Origin: Takakia lepidozioides
Lineage: Eukaryota > Plantae > Bryophyta
Assembly (NCBI GenBank): GCA_030704615.1
Contig: CM060732.1
Coordinates: 1,488,001 to 1,552,000 of the forward strand
Direction: 5' to 3'
DNA length: 64,000 nt
This document shows positions 22,073 to 34,401 of this stretch, piece by piece (positions within the stretch are counted from its first letter, which is position 1; the number at the start of each line of letters is the position of its first letter). Under the pieces are notes generated by a model. It did no database searches. It worked only from the letters and a program-made list of their open reading frames with translations, and was not told the origin of the DNA. The translations under genes were made by a program, and so were the position numbers.

Positions 22073-22422
22073 CAGTTGGTGCAGCAGGACCCTGAGTTGT
22101 TGCCGGTGTCTGCGGTTCGTGGATATCAACAGGCCTTGCCAACAGATATTTCTTTGCTGGGGGTGTAGGATTTGGAGCGGGTTGGCTCCATTGATTTGGT
22201 AGTGGCAGGTTGGCCCTGCCAAGGGCATTCACTCAGCCGGGCATGACAATGGATTGCGAGACTCGAGGCCGGGTCTGTTTTGGGAAATGGTGCGGGTTTT
22301 GCGCCACTTACAGCTTCATCAAGCTGTATCTCCAGTATACATCTTGGAGAATGTGCCACTGTTGGGCAATTCTTGGGCCAGGGTGATGGCCAGTGTGCAT
22401 TGTGCATCAAGTCCGGTCGTGT
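22073..22422 (+). pseudogene. C5 cytosine DNA methyltransferase fragment (motifs III-VI)
   Basis: LPTDISLLGV*DLERVGSIDLVVAGWPCQGHS (PCQ at 22214-22222), +1 frameshift, GLRDSRPGLFWEMVRVL...YILENVP (ENV at 22347-22355). TAG at 22166 and a 7-bp duplication at 22394-22407. Confidence 0.88.
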
Positions 22423-22469
22423 CTTCTCGAGCACACCGTCATCAACCTCAATGAGAGGCATACACACAG

Positions 22470-23175
22470 ACGTTGCGGGACTCGAGAAAAGCCAATTCGC
22501 TAGGCAAAAGTCGAAAGGTTCGCGATACCATTCGCAGTGCCGATGATGCATTTTACGAGCGTCGGTCGATGGTTCGAACGGACTTGCATTATGTGGGGGC
22601 TTTGCTCAATCCATTCTTACTCGACAATGTCATGCTCCGAGAGGACGCTGATGCCAAGGCCGGCCTCGTACGAGTGCTCATGCGACCGGCTCCTTTGAAC
22701 ATGACAGAGAGAGTTATATCCGAGTAGCAATGCTTTTCAGATCGCCGTGACCCTTTCGAGGACATGCCGGATCCGAAAGAGCTCAACATGTTACCACAAG
22801 AATGGTGGGATTTGATTGGAGAACAAGATTCGCAACAGGTTGAACCCCGCGAGGGCTGACAAATTGGTATATGTGTATACCAATTGCCGACTGTTTCGTG
22901 AGAGTGCAGCGGATGATGCTGCAGCATGGTACGAGAGGAACTTGCATTCCGAAGACTCTGCTTCTGACGCAGATTCGATGAGTGACGTTATTCTGTCTCC
23001 GATGGACTCATCTGCCGGAGATAGTGGAAATGGGTCTGATAATGCTCCCGACAATGAGTATGACCCGTTTACGTTCACAGAGGACGATGCCTATATCCAC
23101 CCGATTTTTGATGACCTTCTTGACGAAGTACGTATCGCAGATGAAGGTGAAGCTGCAATTGTGTCCTCCCCATAA
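22470..23175 (+). pseudogene. hAT transposase C-terminal (dimerisation) region, internally deleted
   Basis: DLHYVGALLNPF...EWWDLIG, then KIRNRLNPARADKLVYVYTN and an acidic tail. The usual SSSxCERxWS segment between the two blocks is missing. Confidence 0.8.
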
Positions 23176-24146
23176 CATGATATTCAAAATGAAGTCGGGG
23201 TCGACTCTCGCCCCCCCGTACACGCTGAAGCCACCGGCAGTGACCGAATGGAGCTCAGGGGTGATGAACTACCACGACCAAGCGACGTACGCAATTCTGT
23301 TCATACAAACGATGGTGCCAAACCCATTGTACAGTCGACAGGACGAGAACATGCCTCACCGATACGACCAGCTCCACCACAATCCGAAAACCAACCCAGC
23401 TCCCCATCCACACAGTGTCCATTAAGGAGCAACAGGGTTGATCTGTTTTCAACATGCACACATCATTCTGCTGCATTGGACCCGGCGGAAGTTGAAGCCT
23501 CGGATGATGACAACTTGCTACAATTCCACCTTAACCGACGTGTTGTGCAGTAGACCCGTGGTGTTCCTCACATGCCGGACCATCTAATGCCGGTCCATCT
23601 CAGGCACAACCCTCTCCGAGATCTCCTTCGATATCACCTTCGAATGCGTCCCAACTCCATAAACGACAGAGAACAATCCAGCCTTTTGTAGGCTAAATGT
23701 GGTTCGAGGTCGCGTACAGGTTCAAAGGCCTGGACATGGGAGGTCGGATAGGGAGGACAATTCCAGCACTGATAATGGCAATGGTGCTGAAGTCCAGGGG
23801 GACTCGGATTATCAGCCCATCGGAGCATCAAGATTAAGATCTTCTTTGTCCCGTCTTCGAAGCAGCAGAAGGAATTGAAGCAAACAACTTTAGGCATCCA
23901 GTAGTACATTTTGATGGACATGTTTACATTTCTGTAGTGAAGCAATACTTGTGTGGTCCTTGTCACTATGAGTATTTGTATTGGTGTTGTGTATGTCTTG
24001 GGAAATAAAAGATGTTGCCATGTGACAAAGAATATCGGTGAATATCGTCACTTGGTCATGTTTGTGTTTGGTGCTTTGTTTTTGTAATGAGAAACAATTG
24101 TGCCAATATTGCAATGCTTCGAACTTGATTGTTGGTTGTAGACGTC

Positions 24147-25155
24147 ATGGCCGTCGCATCGAACGCAGAGCCACCCGACATTGTTTTTGATGGCAAAATG
24201 CTTGTGACTCGTGATGTGTTTGCAAAGAAGTATGATCTTTGCAAGGAGGGGATCCCTCCTAGGGCTTTGAAGATTGACAGGGATTGTACTGAAGAGGAAG
24301 TGAGCAAGCTGTTTGGGCCACTACTCAACAAAAATGGTTCAGTTATCTCCATAGTCCTGCGGATATTGAGCTTATAAGTAGGGTGGAAAGGCTTTGGATG
24401 ATAGCACATCAAAGGCGTGTTGTCCCTGCGAATCATCTTGTCATAAAGGCCATTGCTAGAGGGATAGTTTGTGAGAGAAAAAGAAGGAAGATAAACTGGG
24501 CCGTCTTTGCAGAGTTTACTAACAGGGAAGTGCTTCGGTGACTCCAAAGCGCTCAAGACATTGTTGTAGCTGGAGACAACAAGAAAACGAGTGACATTGT
24601 GGTGGTTGAATCTGACGAGGAAGTGGAACTTGAAATCGAAAAACAACAGACGGACTTAGAGAACAGTGCTCGAACAATGGCGACTGAGTTTGCACGAGGC
24701 ACTGGAAGAGGCCATGGACAGTGTGTTGACCAGTGGCGTGACCTTTTGAGCTCTTTAGAGACAGAGGGTTTGTTGGCCGAGGGTTCAAATGTGATGAAGT
24801 GGCTTGGTCGGTAGCCTCTGATCGCTACAAAAACTGTCTGAGGCAGAAGACAGCCATCGCAAAGCAACTTCAAGCTATGCAACATGGCCATGATAGGCCC
24901 ACCTTCAAACCCACTCCACTGTCAAACCTTTTTGTTCATTCTCCCGGATTTGACACTGTGGAATATTTGACAGTTTTGCCATGTGTTTTTTGTGGTAGAG
25001 GCTTCAAACCAGTTTGGGATTGCATTTTGGCTTCGTGTACCCATGCATACCATTTGTGGTGTGCATATGCACACTTTTCCACTTCCACAACTTTGTTTGC
25101 AGAGAGAGTGCAAGCAAGAGATGCATATGGATTGGTGGTCAGGTGTTGGCTTAAA
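24147..25155 (+). pseudogene. Decayed gene with a KINWAxFAE block, coiled coil and C-terminal RING-H2-like finger
   Basis: Merged frames: RVERLWMIAHQ...IARGIVCERKRRKINWAVFAEFTN...; then CVFC-x14[10 protein letters not shown]~10-CLQREC across a frameshift near 25090. Confidence 0.55.
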
Positions 25156-25159
25156 AAAT

Positions 25160-27402
25160 CCACCACCAGAAAATCCCAAGAAACTCAAGAGATTTCTGGG
25201 ACAGACGAGCTATTACAGAAGGTACATGGACAAATATGCTCACAGAGTAGCACCAGTCTATAGACTGCTGAAGCAAGATGCCAAATACCGATGGTCTCCA
25301 GCTTGCCAGGAATCATTTGATTCACTAAAAAGGGCACTCACAGCAGCACCAATTCTAATAAATCCAAGATGGGATTTACCATTTCATGTACACAGTGATG
25401 CATCAGGCATTGCTTTGGGAGCAGTTTTAGCTCAGAATGTGACAGGCACAATAGATTCACCAATCTATTATGCAAGCAGATTGTTGACAGCAGCCGAGAA
25501 GAACTATAGCACCACAGAAAGGGCAACATTGGCAATGATTTATGATGTTCAAAAGTTTCGGCATTATTTATTTGGCAATCGCTTTAAGTTTATTGTTGAT
25601 CATCAGGCTCTAGTTGATTTAGCAAATCGACCACTAGCTAGTGGCAGGGTTGCTCGATGGTTATTACTTCTTCATGAGTATGATTTTGAAGTTGTTCATA
25701 AACCAGGGAGATTACAGGTTACAACAGATCATCTGTCAAGGATTACTACAGGAGACCCAGCCACGGGGGTAGAGGATCAACTTCCCGACGCATTTCTGTT
25801 TGCTGTTCAACCAGAAGCACCAGATGAAGAGACAAATCCTATGGACGCTCTGGGAATGTTTCAAGGAGACTATGACCTTCCAGATGCTCTTAAACTCATG
25901 GATGAGACTGATGAAGAAGAGGACTCATCAGATGAAGATGAACCTCTTGATGAAGGACCTATTATTGAGGAAGAACCAGATCCAGAAGAAGAAGATGACA
26001 AGGAAAACAAAGGAACAAACAATCAAGAATTGGCCAATATCAGTATTGGAGCTTATACAGTGACCAAGGAAGAATCAGAAGACATTCAGAATCAAGATCA
26101 AGATGATTGGCAATGGCCAATCAAATACTATCTGAACACAAGGAAATTTCCTGAAGACTACACCAAAGATGACAGGAGAAAGCTTTCAATGAAAAGCAAG
26201 CCATACACAGTAATCAAGGGAATTCTGTACAAAAGAGGAATTGACTCCATAATGAGAAGATGTGTAAACAAAGAACAAGCCAAAACAATGATGCAAGAGC
26301 TACACGAAGGAATTGCAGGAGGACACTTTAGTTCGGACCTGATAGCAAAGAAGATATTATTAGCAGGTTACTGGTGGCCTACTGTATTTGGAGATACTTA
26401 TGAACACTGTCAACAGTGTGATGTTTGCCAGAGGATGGGACCAGTAGAACGAGCGGGGAAGGGGACTCTGCACCCAATACTACCAACAGAACCATTTCAG
26501 CGCTGGGGGCTAGACTTCGTGGGACCTATTAAACCTCTAGCAAGGTACACACAAAACCAATACATCCTCACAGCCACTGACTACACTACCAAATGGGTAG
26601 AGGCCAAGGCACTAAGAGACAACACTGCCAGATCGACAGCCAAATTCTTATATGAAAACATCATCACACGATTTGGTTGCCCACTGGAATTCGTCAGTGA
26701 TCAAGGATCACATTTTATAAATGATGCCATAAAATGCTTGACGGAGGAATTCATGATCATACATCACAAGAGTACTACTTACTATCCCCAAGGAAATGGC
26801 GAGGCCGAAACCAACAAGATATTATGCACTATCTTAACCAAGATAGTAAATGCCAATCTTACAGATTGGGACACCAAATTGAACACAACACTATGGGCAT
26901 TCAGGACATCATACAAGGTGACCACGAAACATACACCATTTCAACTGGTGTATGGAGCAGAGGCACTATTACCCATTGAGTGTATGATACCCACACTACG
27001 AACAGTGGGGTTTAGAAGAACTCATGAACGATGGGGTTTAGAAGAGTCTCTACGAGTCAGGGAATATGAATTATTCCATCTGGAAGAAGTTCGGGCCGAC
27101 GCCACAGATAACATGGCACGGATTCAAGAACAACGAAGAAAAAGAATATCCGAAGGGAAAGAGAAATCTTTCCAGGACGGGGACATTGTTTTGTGGTTAC
27201 CAAAAATCAAGAAGATCAAACTGGGCGGAAAATTGAAAATGCCATGGATGGGACCATTTCAAATCAAAAGGGTACATGACAATGGAACTGTTGATTTGTA
27301 GACCTTGGAACAAGAATTCGTGGGACGAATTAATATTAACAAGTTAAAAGGCTACCAGGGAATACATGACAAAGCCCTCATACATGACTTATACGCCAAC
27401 TA
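25160..27402 (+). pseudogene. Gypsy pol piece C: RT connection, RNase H, acidic linker, integrase
   Basis: [40 protein letters not shown] (HEGIAGGH...CDVC), [27 protein letters not shown]. The first ~58 aa of the listed 772-aa ORF belong to the upstream RING gene. Confidence 0.93.
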
Positions 27403-27483
27403 GGAAGATCAAACTGAAGATGAGGAGTGTGAAACCGCCAGTGCATACTACATTCATCACGACATGGTGAATCGGCATGTAAC

Positions 27484-28712
27484 AGAATTGGCTGAAGTAA
27501 TCTGCCAGACCAAGACCCAAATTACCATTGGACAATTATTAAAAATTGCTCCACACTGCAAGAAAACTTTATTTCGGGCAATCGAGGCATTGACCCCCAC
27601 ACCAAAACAAAAATCAACACCAGAGGTTTACACGATCAAACCCACAACTATACGACAAACTCCAGACTACGACGAAACAATACCCGTAATACAAGTACGT
27701 ATTGGACGGAAGATGGTAACGGATGTACTCATCGATGGAGGATCCAGAGTGAATATCATGACAGAAAAGATGAAGAAGTCACTAGGATTGGGACACATGG
27801 AACTTGCTCCATTCACGGTGCGAATGGCTGATCAACGAAAAGTGCAACCATTGGGTATCATCAGACGACTTGCAATGGAAGTAACAGGACTGGTATACGA
27901 AGTATCAATAACCATTATCAGAATAGAGGATGTGGCAGAAGGATATTCGCTACTACTTGGCCGACCATGGTTAACACAAGCCCAATCACACCACAATTGG
28001 GGAAGTCAGACTCTCACGATCAAAAATGGATCAGAACAAGTCACCATCATTACGAAGCAACGAGGTACCATTCCACGAGAGAAACGACCTTGCATAGTAA
28101 AAGAGTATGATTGGTCCAGTGGACTGTCGGATGAAGAAGAAGCCACAATGTATGCAGCACATCCATAGTTGGAATCTATTGGGCAACTAGTGGTCAAGCA
28201 TACCACAACAGTAGGATGCCACATGGTGAACACCCAAGGAGAACCGAATACTTCGAGAACGGAAGATCCGGAGGAAGAAGCTATGGACACACCTCAACAC
28301 CCTGCCCGTTTCTATCAAGAAAAAGAAGATGACATTAAAATCAGTGAAGTACTTGCCACGATTGCAACCATCGGACAAGAGATTGCAGGATGGACAGTAA
28401 CGAAAGAAACTCAATTGATTCAAGTGAATCTGGGAACAGTGGAAGAACCACAGATAATACGAGTAAGTGCAGGTCTTGAAGAATCATTTCTACAAGAAGC
28501 CACCGCATTATTCACTGAATACAAGGATGTATTTGCCTGGAACTACAAAGATTTGAAGGGTATACCTTCTAACATCTGTCAGCACCAAATTGAATTGGAA
28601 GTTGACACAAAACCAATTCGTCAGAACCGTTACAGAATGAACCCCAACTATGCGGCCAAAGTTTGGGAAGAAATCAAGAAATTACTAGATGCAGGATTCA
28701 TATACCCAGTAG
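27484..28712 (+). pseudogene. Gypsy pol piece A: protease and RT N-terminus
   Basis: LAEVICQTK, VLIDGGSRVNIM, LLLGRPWL, DVFAWNYKDLKGI, YRMNPNYA...GFIYPV; one in-frame TAG at 28166. Confidence 0.9.
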
Positions 28713-29263
28713 TGGATAACCTCCACTTTCTTTGGATCCACCAGAATTCCCTGTTGGCACACAATGTGTCCCAACAATAATCCTGAATTCACACAAAATG
28801 TACATTTTTCCGGATTGAGACTTACTCCATTGTTTCTGCAGGCTTGTAGGCAAAGTTTTAACTGTGCCAAGTGTTTGGATTTCTGTCCGAAGACACTGAA
28901 ATCATCCAAAAATACTTGCATAAAATCGTTGAGATTATTCTTGAATATCTTAGATATTGCCCGCTGAAACGTGGCTGGTGCGTTGCAAAGTCCAAATGGC
29001 ATGACTTTGTAAGCATAGGCTCCCCATTCAGTGATGAATGCGGTCTTTTCTCGGTCTTCTTCTGCCATCTGCACCTGATTGTACCCACTAAACCCATCCA
29101 TGAATGAGTACATCTCATGTCCGGCCACTGTGTCCAACACTATTTCGGTGAACGGTAGTGGAAAGGGGTCTTTCTTGGTTCCTGCGTTTAACTTGCGGTA
29201 GTCCACACATACTCGTAGTTTTCCATTTTTCTTGGGTACTATCACAATGGGCAATAACCATTG
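28713..29263 (-). pseudogene. Gypsy pol piece B: RT core, inverted
   Basis: WLLPIVIVPKKNGKLRVCVDYRKLN, FMDGFSGYNQ, MPFGLCNAPATFQR, FLDDFSV, LLGHIV...LVDPKKVEVI. Confidence 0.93.
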
Positions 29264-30899
29264 GTAGGGTTTTGGAACGTGAAGGTGTCCATAAGCATCA
29301 TAGACTGAACCTTCCACCAAAAGGCAAGCCATCTTTTTCCCTTAAACTTAGTCCATTTGCCTTCTTAGTTTTCTACTGTTTAGGCTTTATAATGTACATT
29401 GTTTTCTTCCATGCATTTCAAGAAAGTCTTGCATCAGCCTCTTCCACATAGTTAGGGCATCTTGTGTCTTCCGATTTGCCCCAATGGTCCACGATGATCT
29501 ATAGAACATTGTCAATTCTTATAAACTCCCCCGGAAGCTGTTGTCTCCATGTTATTCCACTTGGGGTAGTTTCTGCACCCCAAACTCCAGCATTTTCATG
29601 AGTGGCTCCTTTTTTTCTCATTACTTTGCTGGACGCTTCCTTAATGTTCCATAAGTCCATGTATGTCCATGTGTAAAGTCTTTCTATCTATCCTGGGTCC
29701 ACGAAAATCCCTGAAGCATCTGTATAGCTCCACATATGTCCATTTTCCTATACAGACTCCACTACTGTTGCTCATTTCCATGGAAGTCCATGCAATATCT
29801 GTATTGTTCCGCAGATGTCCATTGCTATTGCAGAGTTCCATAATTGTTCAATTTCTTTTCCATTCAATCCATCTTCAAATTTTTTTTCCACACAAATCAT
29901 GCATTGATATTGGGGGGGTTGGGGCAGATCCAACATGCTTTTCCATCTCATACTCTGGTAATCAAGATGATCACCACCTAGCTCATGGAGGGGTCGGAAG
30001 ATCCTCCATAGTGAGCCCGTCAGTTGCCAGCATCCAAATGGAGCCTACAAGAAAGCACAGCAGAAGAGGTGACATCCCCAAATTGCAAGCGTCAAACGTC
30101 CCACTCACCTTTGGGATTACCAGGTGATATCAATCCTGAAACTGGTCTACTTGGTACGATTTCCAAACCAACAACCAGTCCTGACAAAACCCCATGTAAA
30201 TCCCATCGTCCCATGAGGAAAAACATTGGCACATGGGTGATGAAGCATTGCAGGATGTGGAGGGTTCAGACCCCTTCTCCAAGTCTGATACCAGCAAGGG
30301 AATGCCTACCTTGGATGCTACTACTCAGGACGATGTTGTCTCCTCACCTCCTCAGTTCAAAAACGGTGAGAAACGTGCTGCAAATGGACTTCATGGTGGA
30401 CAGTCTCCCAAGAAGAAACCTAGAAAGCATATTGTGCCAGTAGGTGAAAGAGTGTCCGCAGCAAAGAACACAAGGTCTTCTGGAGTGAAGACTCGGCACA
30501 CTCACAAATAAATAGTCATGTAAGTTTTTTGTACCTTTCTACAATCTTTCATTTTTTTCCCTCTCCGCAATCACAGCTTTCTCTAATGCTCTTTCCCCCA
30601 CGAGATCCTTAAAGTGATCTACAATACCAACATGAGAATCCAGCTTACGCTGCAAGGTTTCCAACAAATCACGACAAGAAATCACTTCTTGCGCAGCCTG
30701 CTCTGTATCGTCAGATAGCAAAGTACTGACCTGGTCGGTCTCATGTTGCTTCCATAGTTGATCGAGCTTCAACATTGCACTAGACAACAAATCATTCCGA
30801 TCCTGCATCTGAGAGTCTACTCTTAAGACATCTTGTTTCGAGTTCTCATTCGAGCATTTGAGCCCAGGGATAGCAGAGCTGTGTCTTACATGTGACCTG

Positions 30900-33600
30900 T
30901 GGAAAGCTGATCGAAAGACTCAAACGCAGTGTGCCCTGTCTCTCATTTGCACTCAGCCATAGGCTTCTCTCTCTGCCCTAGCTTTTTCTGTTGTTGAGGG
31001 ATAGTTTGGAGCCTTTGAAGAGTTCACAGAGAGACAAAGAAAATGGATGAGATCTGGTGTGGTATTGCTCAAGGGCCCTCACCAAATGCGCCTAGTATAT
31101 GCTACACTTGAGTATCAACTCTCTCTGGCTCTTCCCCTGCACATAGATTTCTTTTCTCGTGGATGTGAATGCATACCACCAGTTTTGAAAATAGAAGGAT
31201 GGTTCTGTTGGTTCCTGGGCACTGTCAAAAGCCTTTGTTTTTTTTTATCTGTCACTTATAACACATTTGCTTAGCATATCAAATTTGTGCTCAAGTACCC
31301 AACTGTGATGTGCACATTTGAGCTGACAGTGGTTCAAATAGGAGCATAATCAGTTTTTAGGGTCACCAGAAAATGTCGGTCAGACTCCCTTATACCTTCA
31401 TGGAAGTGTTCCGCTGCTATATTAGGTTCTCCAAGTTCAAGATCACATTTGTCTATGGGCTGCTCAATGTCAGGGTTGTATGCAGGCTAAAGATTGGCAC
31501 CAAACCCAGAGGTGAGATGAGATAAACATCCTAGCCCAGAGTTTGGTTGAAGCAGAACCTCCTGATGGACAGCAGACTGAGGTGGAGCTTTGCATTGATC
31601 AGGGTCAAAACTAGGGCTGGATTGAGTTTGAAGCTTGAATCCCATTGAGCTGAGGAATTCTGTTCAAGTGCAGCTTTGGACTCGTTTGATTTCGGAAACA
31701 GGGTTGAGTTGATTTTAAAGCACAGATTTTGCTTGAGAAGAAAAGTCATGTTCACATTTGGGGTCAGGCTCTGCGTTGATCTCAAAGACAGGGTCGAATT
31801 GAGTTTGAAGTGCGGATTTTAGAAGTAGTGGAGTTTGAAGCATACATTCCAGTTGATCTGAATACTTTGTGCTTGACTGGAGTGTTAGGTATGGAGTCAT
31901 GCTCCAAAATAGGATTATAGAACCACAAGAAGTCATGAATCTTGGCATATTAGCCAGACCACCTGGATGTGGATGGGGCATGCCTTGCCAAGTGGGCTAC
32001 CTGGGGAATTAGAGGTAAATGAAGCATTGGGTTAAACTGCCTACCACATATGCAAGCAAAAGTTATGACAGATAAAAGAGGCACGAACAGTGCAATGTTT
32101 TCCACTACCGTCATTGTTGGCATTCCATGCTTATATGCTTATTAGATTCTGTGATTGAATCAGTAGCAACATTGTAGAATACTGTGAAGCTCTTAATCAT
32201 TAGGGCTGGACTGTTTTGTTCATGAATCCTGTTCTCAACTGGGCCAAGCGCACCAAATGGAATATTTGCAATACCACTAACTGGCCAGGGGGTACTAGGT
32301 ACATTAAAGGCAGCTGTTTGAGGTTGCAGGAAAAAGTAGCTTGTGTGTTGATCAATTTTATGTGTTGGACCACTTGCCCTGTGGTTAACAGTAGGCTGTT
32401 GATTAGCATGACTTCCGTAGAAGTCAAAATTCAGAATGGACTTGTGCCAGTTATTACTCATCCACAACAGAGCGCTTTGATGTACGTTCTGAGAGAGAGG
32501 TTCGGAGGACGTAGTCGATTTGATGGTGAGAAGGAGGCTCCATGGAGCGGAGCGGTAAACCTGAGATGGTAAACATTGCTGATGCTTGAGAGGTAGCAGG
32601 CAGACTTGGTGCATCTTTTGGCTGCCCGTGAGCAAGAACTTAGTACAGCTAAGGTACTTACTCTACTCTCTCCACCAAACGTTGGATCATTCATCGCCTT
32701 CCCCGAGATTGAGATGGATGGTATGTGGGAAAATTGTGAAACATGACCACACTTCAATGTTCCCACTGTGATTTATTTATTTCTGATGTACATTGATGTA
32801 GTTGAGCTTCACCAACACTCATCTGAATCAAGATTGTTGGTCATTATAGAGGGATCAATTGCAGGCTGAGATACGGCTTGCACGGAGTCTCATAGAGGAG
32901 CGTGAGTCTGACATTCTTGGTGTCCGCTGTATGAACGATAAGGTAGGCAATCTCCTTATGTTGAGGTTGAGATAAGATATCTTGCATTTGTACTTGGACT
33001 TTAGAGTTAAAATCTGTGCTGGTTGATGAGTTGAGACTAATTCTGCACATGTTTTTTCGAATTGCGGTACAGTATGTCAAAGTGAATGAAAGATTGCAGG
33101 CAATTTTGGATGAATGGAGCTCCCGCACAGCCAAGGTGGGCAGGTTGGTATGCCATGAGCCTTTCTGGTTGACATTGTTGAATAGTATACTCTAATGCCA
33201 AAGTTATACCAAGTCATAACCTACCACTGTGCACAAAGAAATGACTCCATACAGATTTGGAGGTGGCAAACCATATAGAATGTTTTAAGTGTATCCTTAC
33301 TCCATTCATCTTGCAAGCGCTTCTTGGAAAATTAGGATGGGGTTCCATATGGTCCACCTGCTGGATGTTTAACATTTCATGTGCCAAAGCAAGCTTCACA
33401 TTGTTCAAGTGGTGGCTCATGTGGCACCAATTATTTCCTAAGCAAGCAAGCATGTGTCAATCAAGACTAGGCTGTGGAGGCTTAACAAATATTAAATGAG
33501 GGGGAAGCCTCTTCTCCGAACAATTTGTGGGGCTTCTGGCATACGGAAGGACTCATCTGCCACTTCCCTGAAGTCCAGCTCTGGGTGGACAAATGCAGGC
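30900..33600 (+). mobile_element. Heavily degraded, internally deleted L1-like LINE sequence
   Basis: Scattered remnants: LVPVITHPQQSA (RT-like IxPxQSAF) and VETNSAHVFSNC (zf-RVT-like). 32493-32572 is an inverted homologue of 36841-36918. Confidence 0.35.
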
Positions 33601-34128
33601 ATGTATTGAGTCAGATGAAGACATGGCTGAAAACACAAGAAGAACCTGTGATTTGATGCTGTCCTTAGTTCAATGTCTACATAACTAGCTCTGTTTGTGT
33701 AGCATTATTTTACACATCAACCTTAACCTATTTGGGCACAAATCAATTTCAGTTTTTGATTGTTTGGTATGGGTGGTGTCTGGAATTGCAGTTGGAGCTG
33801 GCTCTTCACGCGGAGCGCTTAACAAACATGGAGCTGCACAAAAATATCACTAAACTACGAACTACCGGAGATATAGCATAGCACAAAGAAAATATGATCT
33901 GATCTGATCTGATCTGAGCATTTGTGGTTAGCAAGATGTTAGGGCTAAGTAGAAGGTCATGAAGGTGTCGGTTTACTCCTTGTTTTGGATTCACAAAGCT
34001 ACTTCAAATGATTTACTCATCGACTTTGCTTGCCCCTGCATTATTATGAGATGCAGTTTCAAATCACACTCAATGAAACACTATTTGCTCACCAAGAGAT
34101 CTTTGGGGACACACAGACTGCAGTCAAT

Positions 34129-34400
34129 AAGGAAGATGAAGGTGGTTGTTTGGGGTAACTGATGATGATGGGCATTCAGGTCTAAGTGCTGCAACTTGTG
34201 GCTGATGGCTGGTCGATTCCATGGGTATTATCGTAGTCACTAATTTGGGGCATCTTCACTTTAGGTCAATCATCCTTGGTGTGGCTATACTCTCGGTAGA
34301 TGGGCTGGTTGGTCTGCAGCAATTAACTATGAACTGAAGCAAGGGAGACTGATCCATGGGTTCTGTTTTGATTCCTTGAAGATGGGTTTCCATCTAGTGA
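34129..34400 (+). repeat. Outer inverted-repeat arm (partner 36560-36831)
   Basis: About 272 bp; the reverse complement matches 36560-36831 with only a handful of substitutions. Confidence 0.93.
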
Positions 34401-34401
34401 G

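Noticed and set aside
24983-27301. 772-aa ORF as a genuine RING-pol fusion protein
   Set aside because: The N-terminus is the tail of an unrelated decayed gene joined by chance in frame at a rearrangement junction (~25158); most of the RING lies in another frame.
29270-30810. Host gene in the short ORFs (30024-30511 plus, 30539-30808 minus)
   Set aside because: No recognisable domain or consistent splice structure; probably TE debris, left unassigned.
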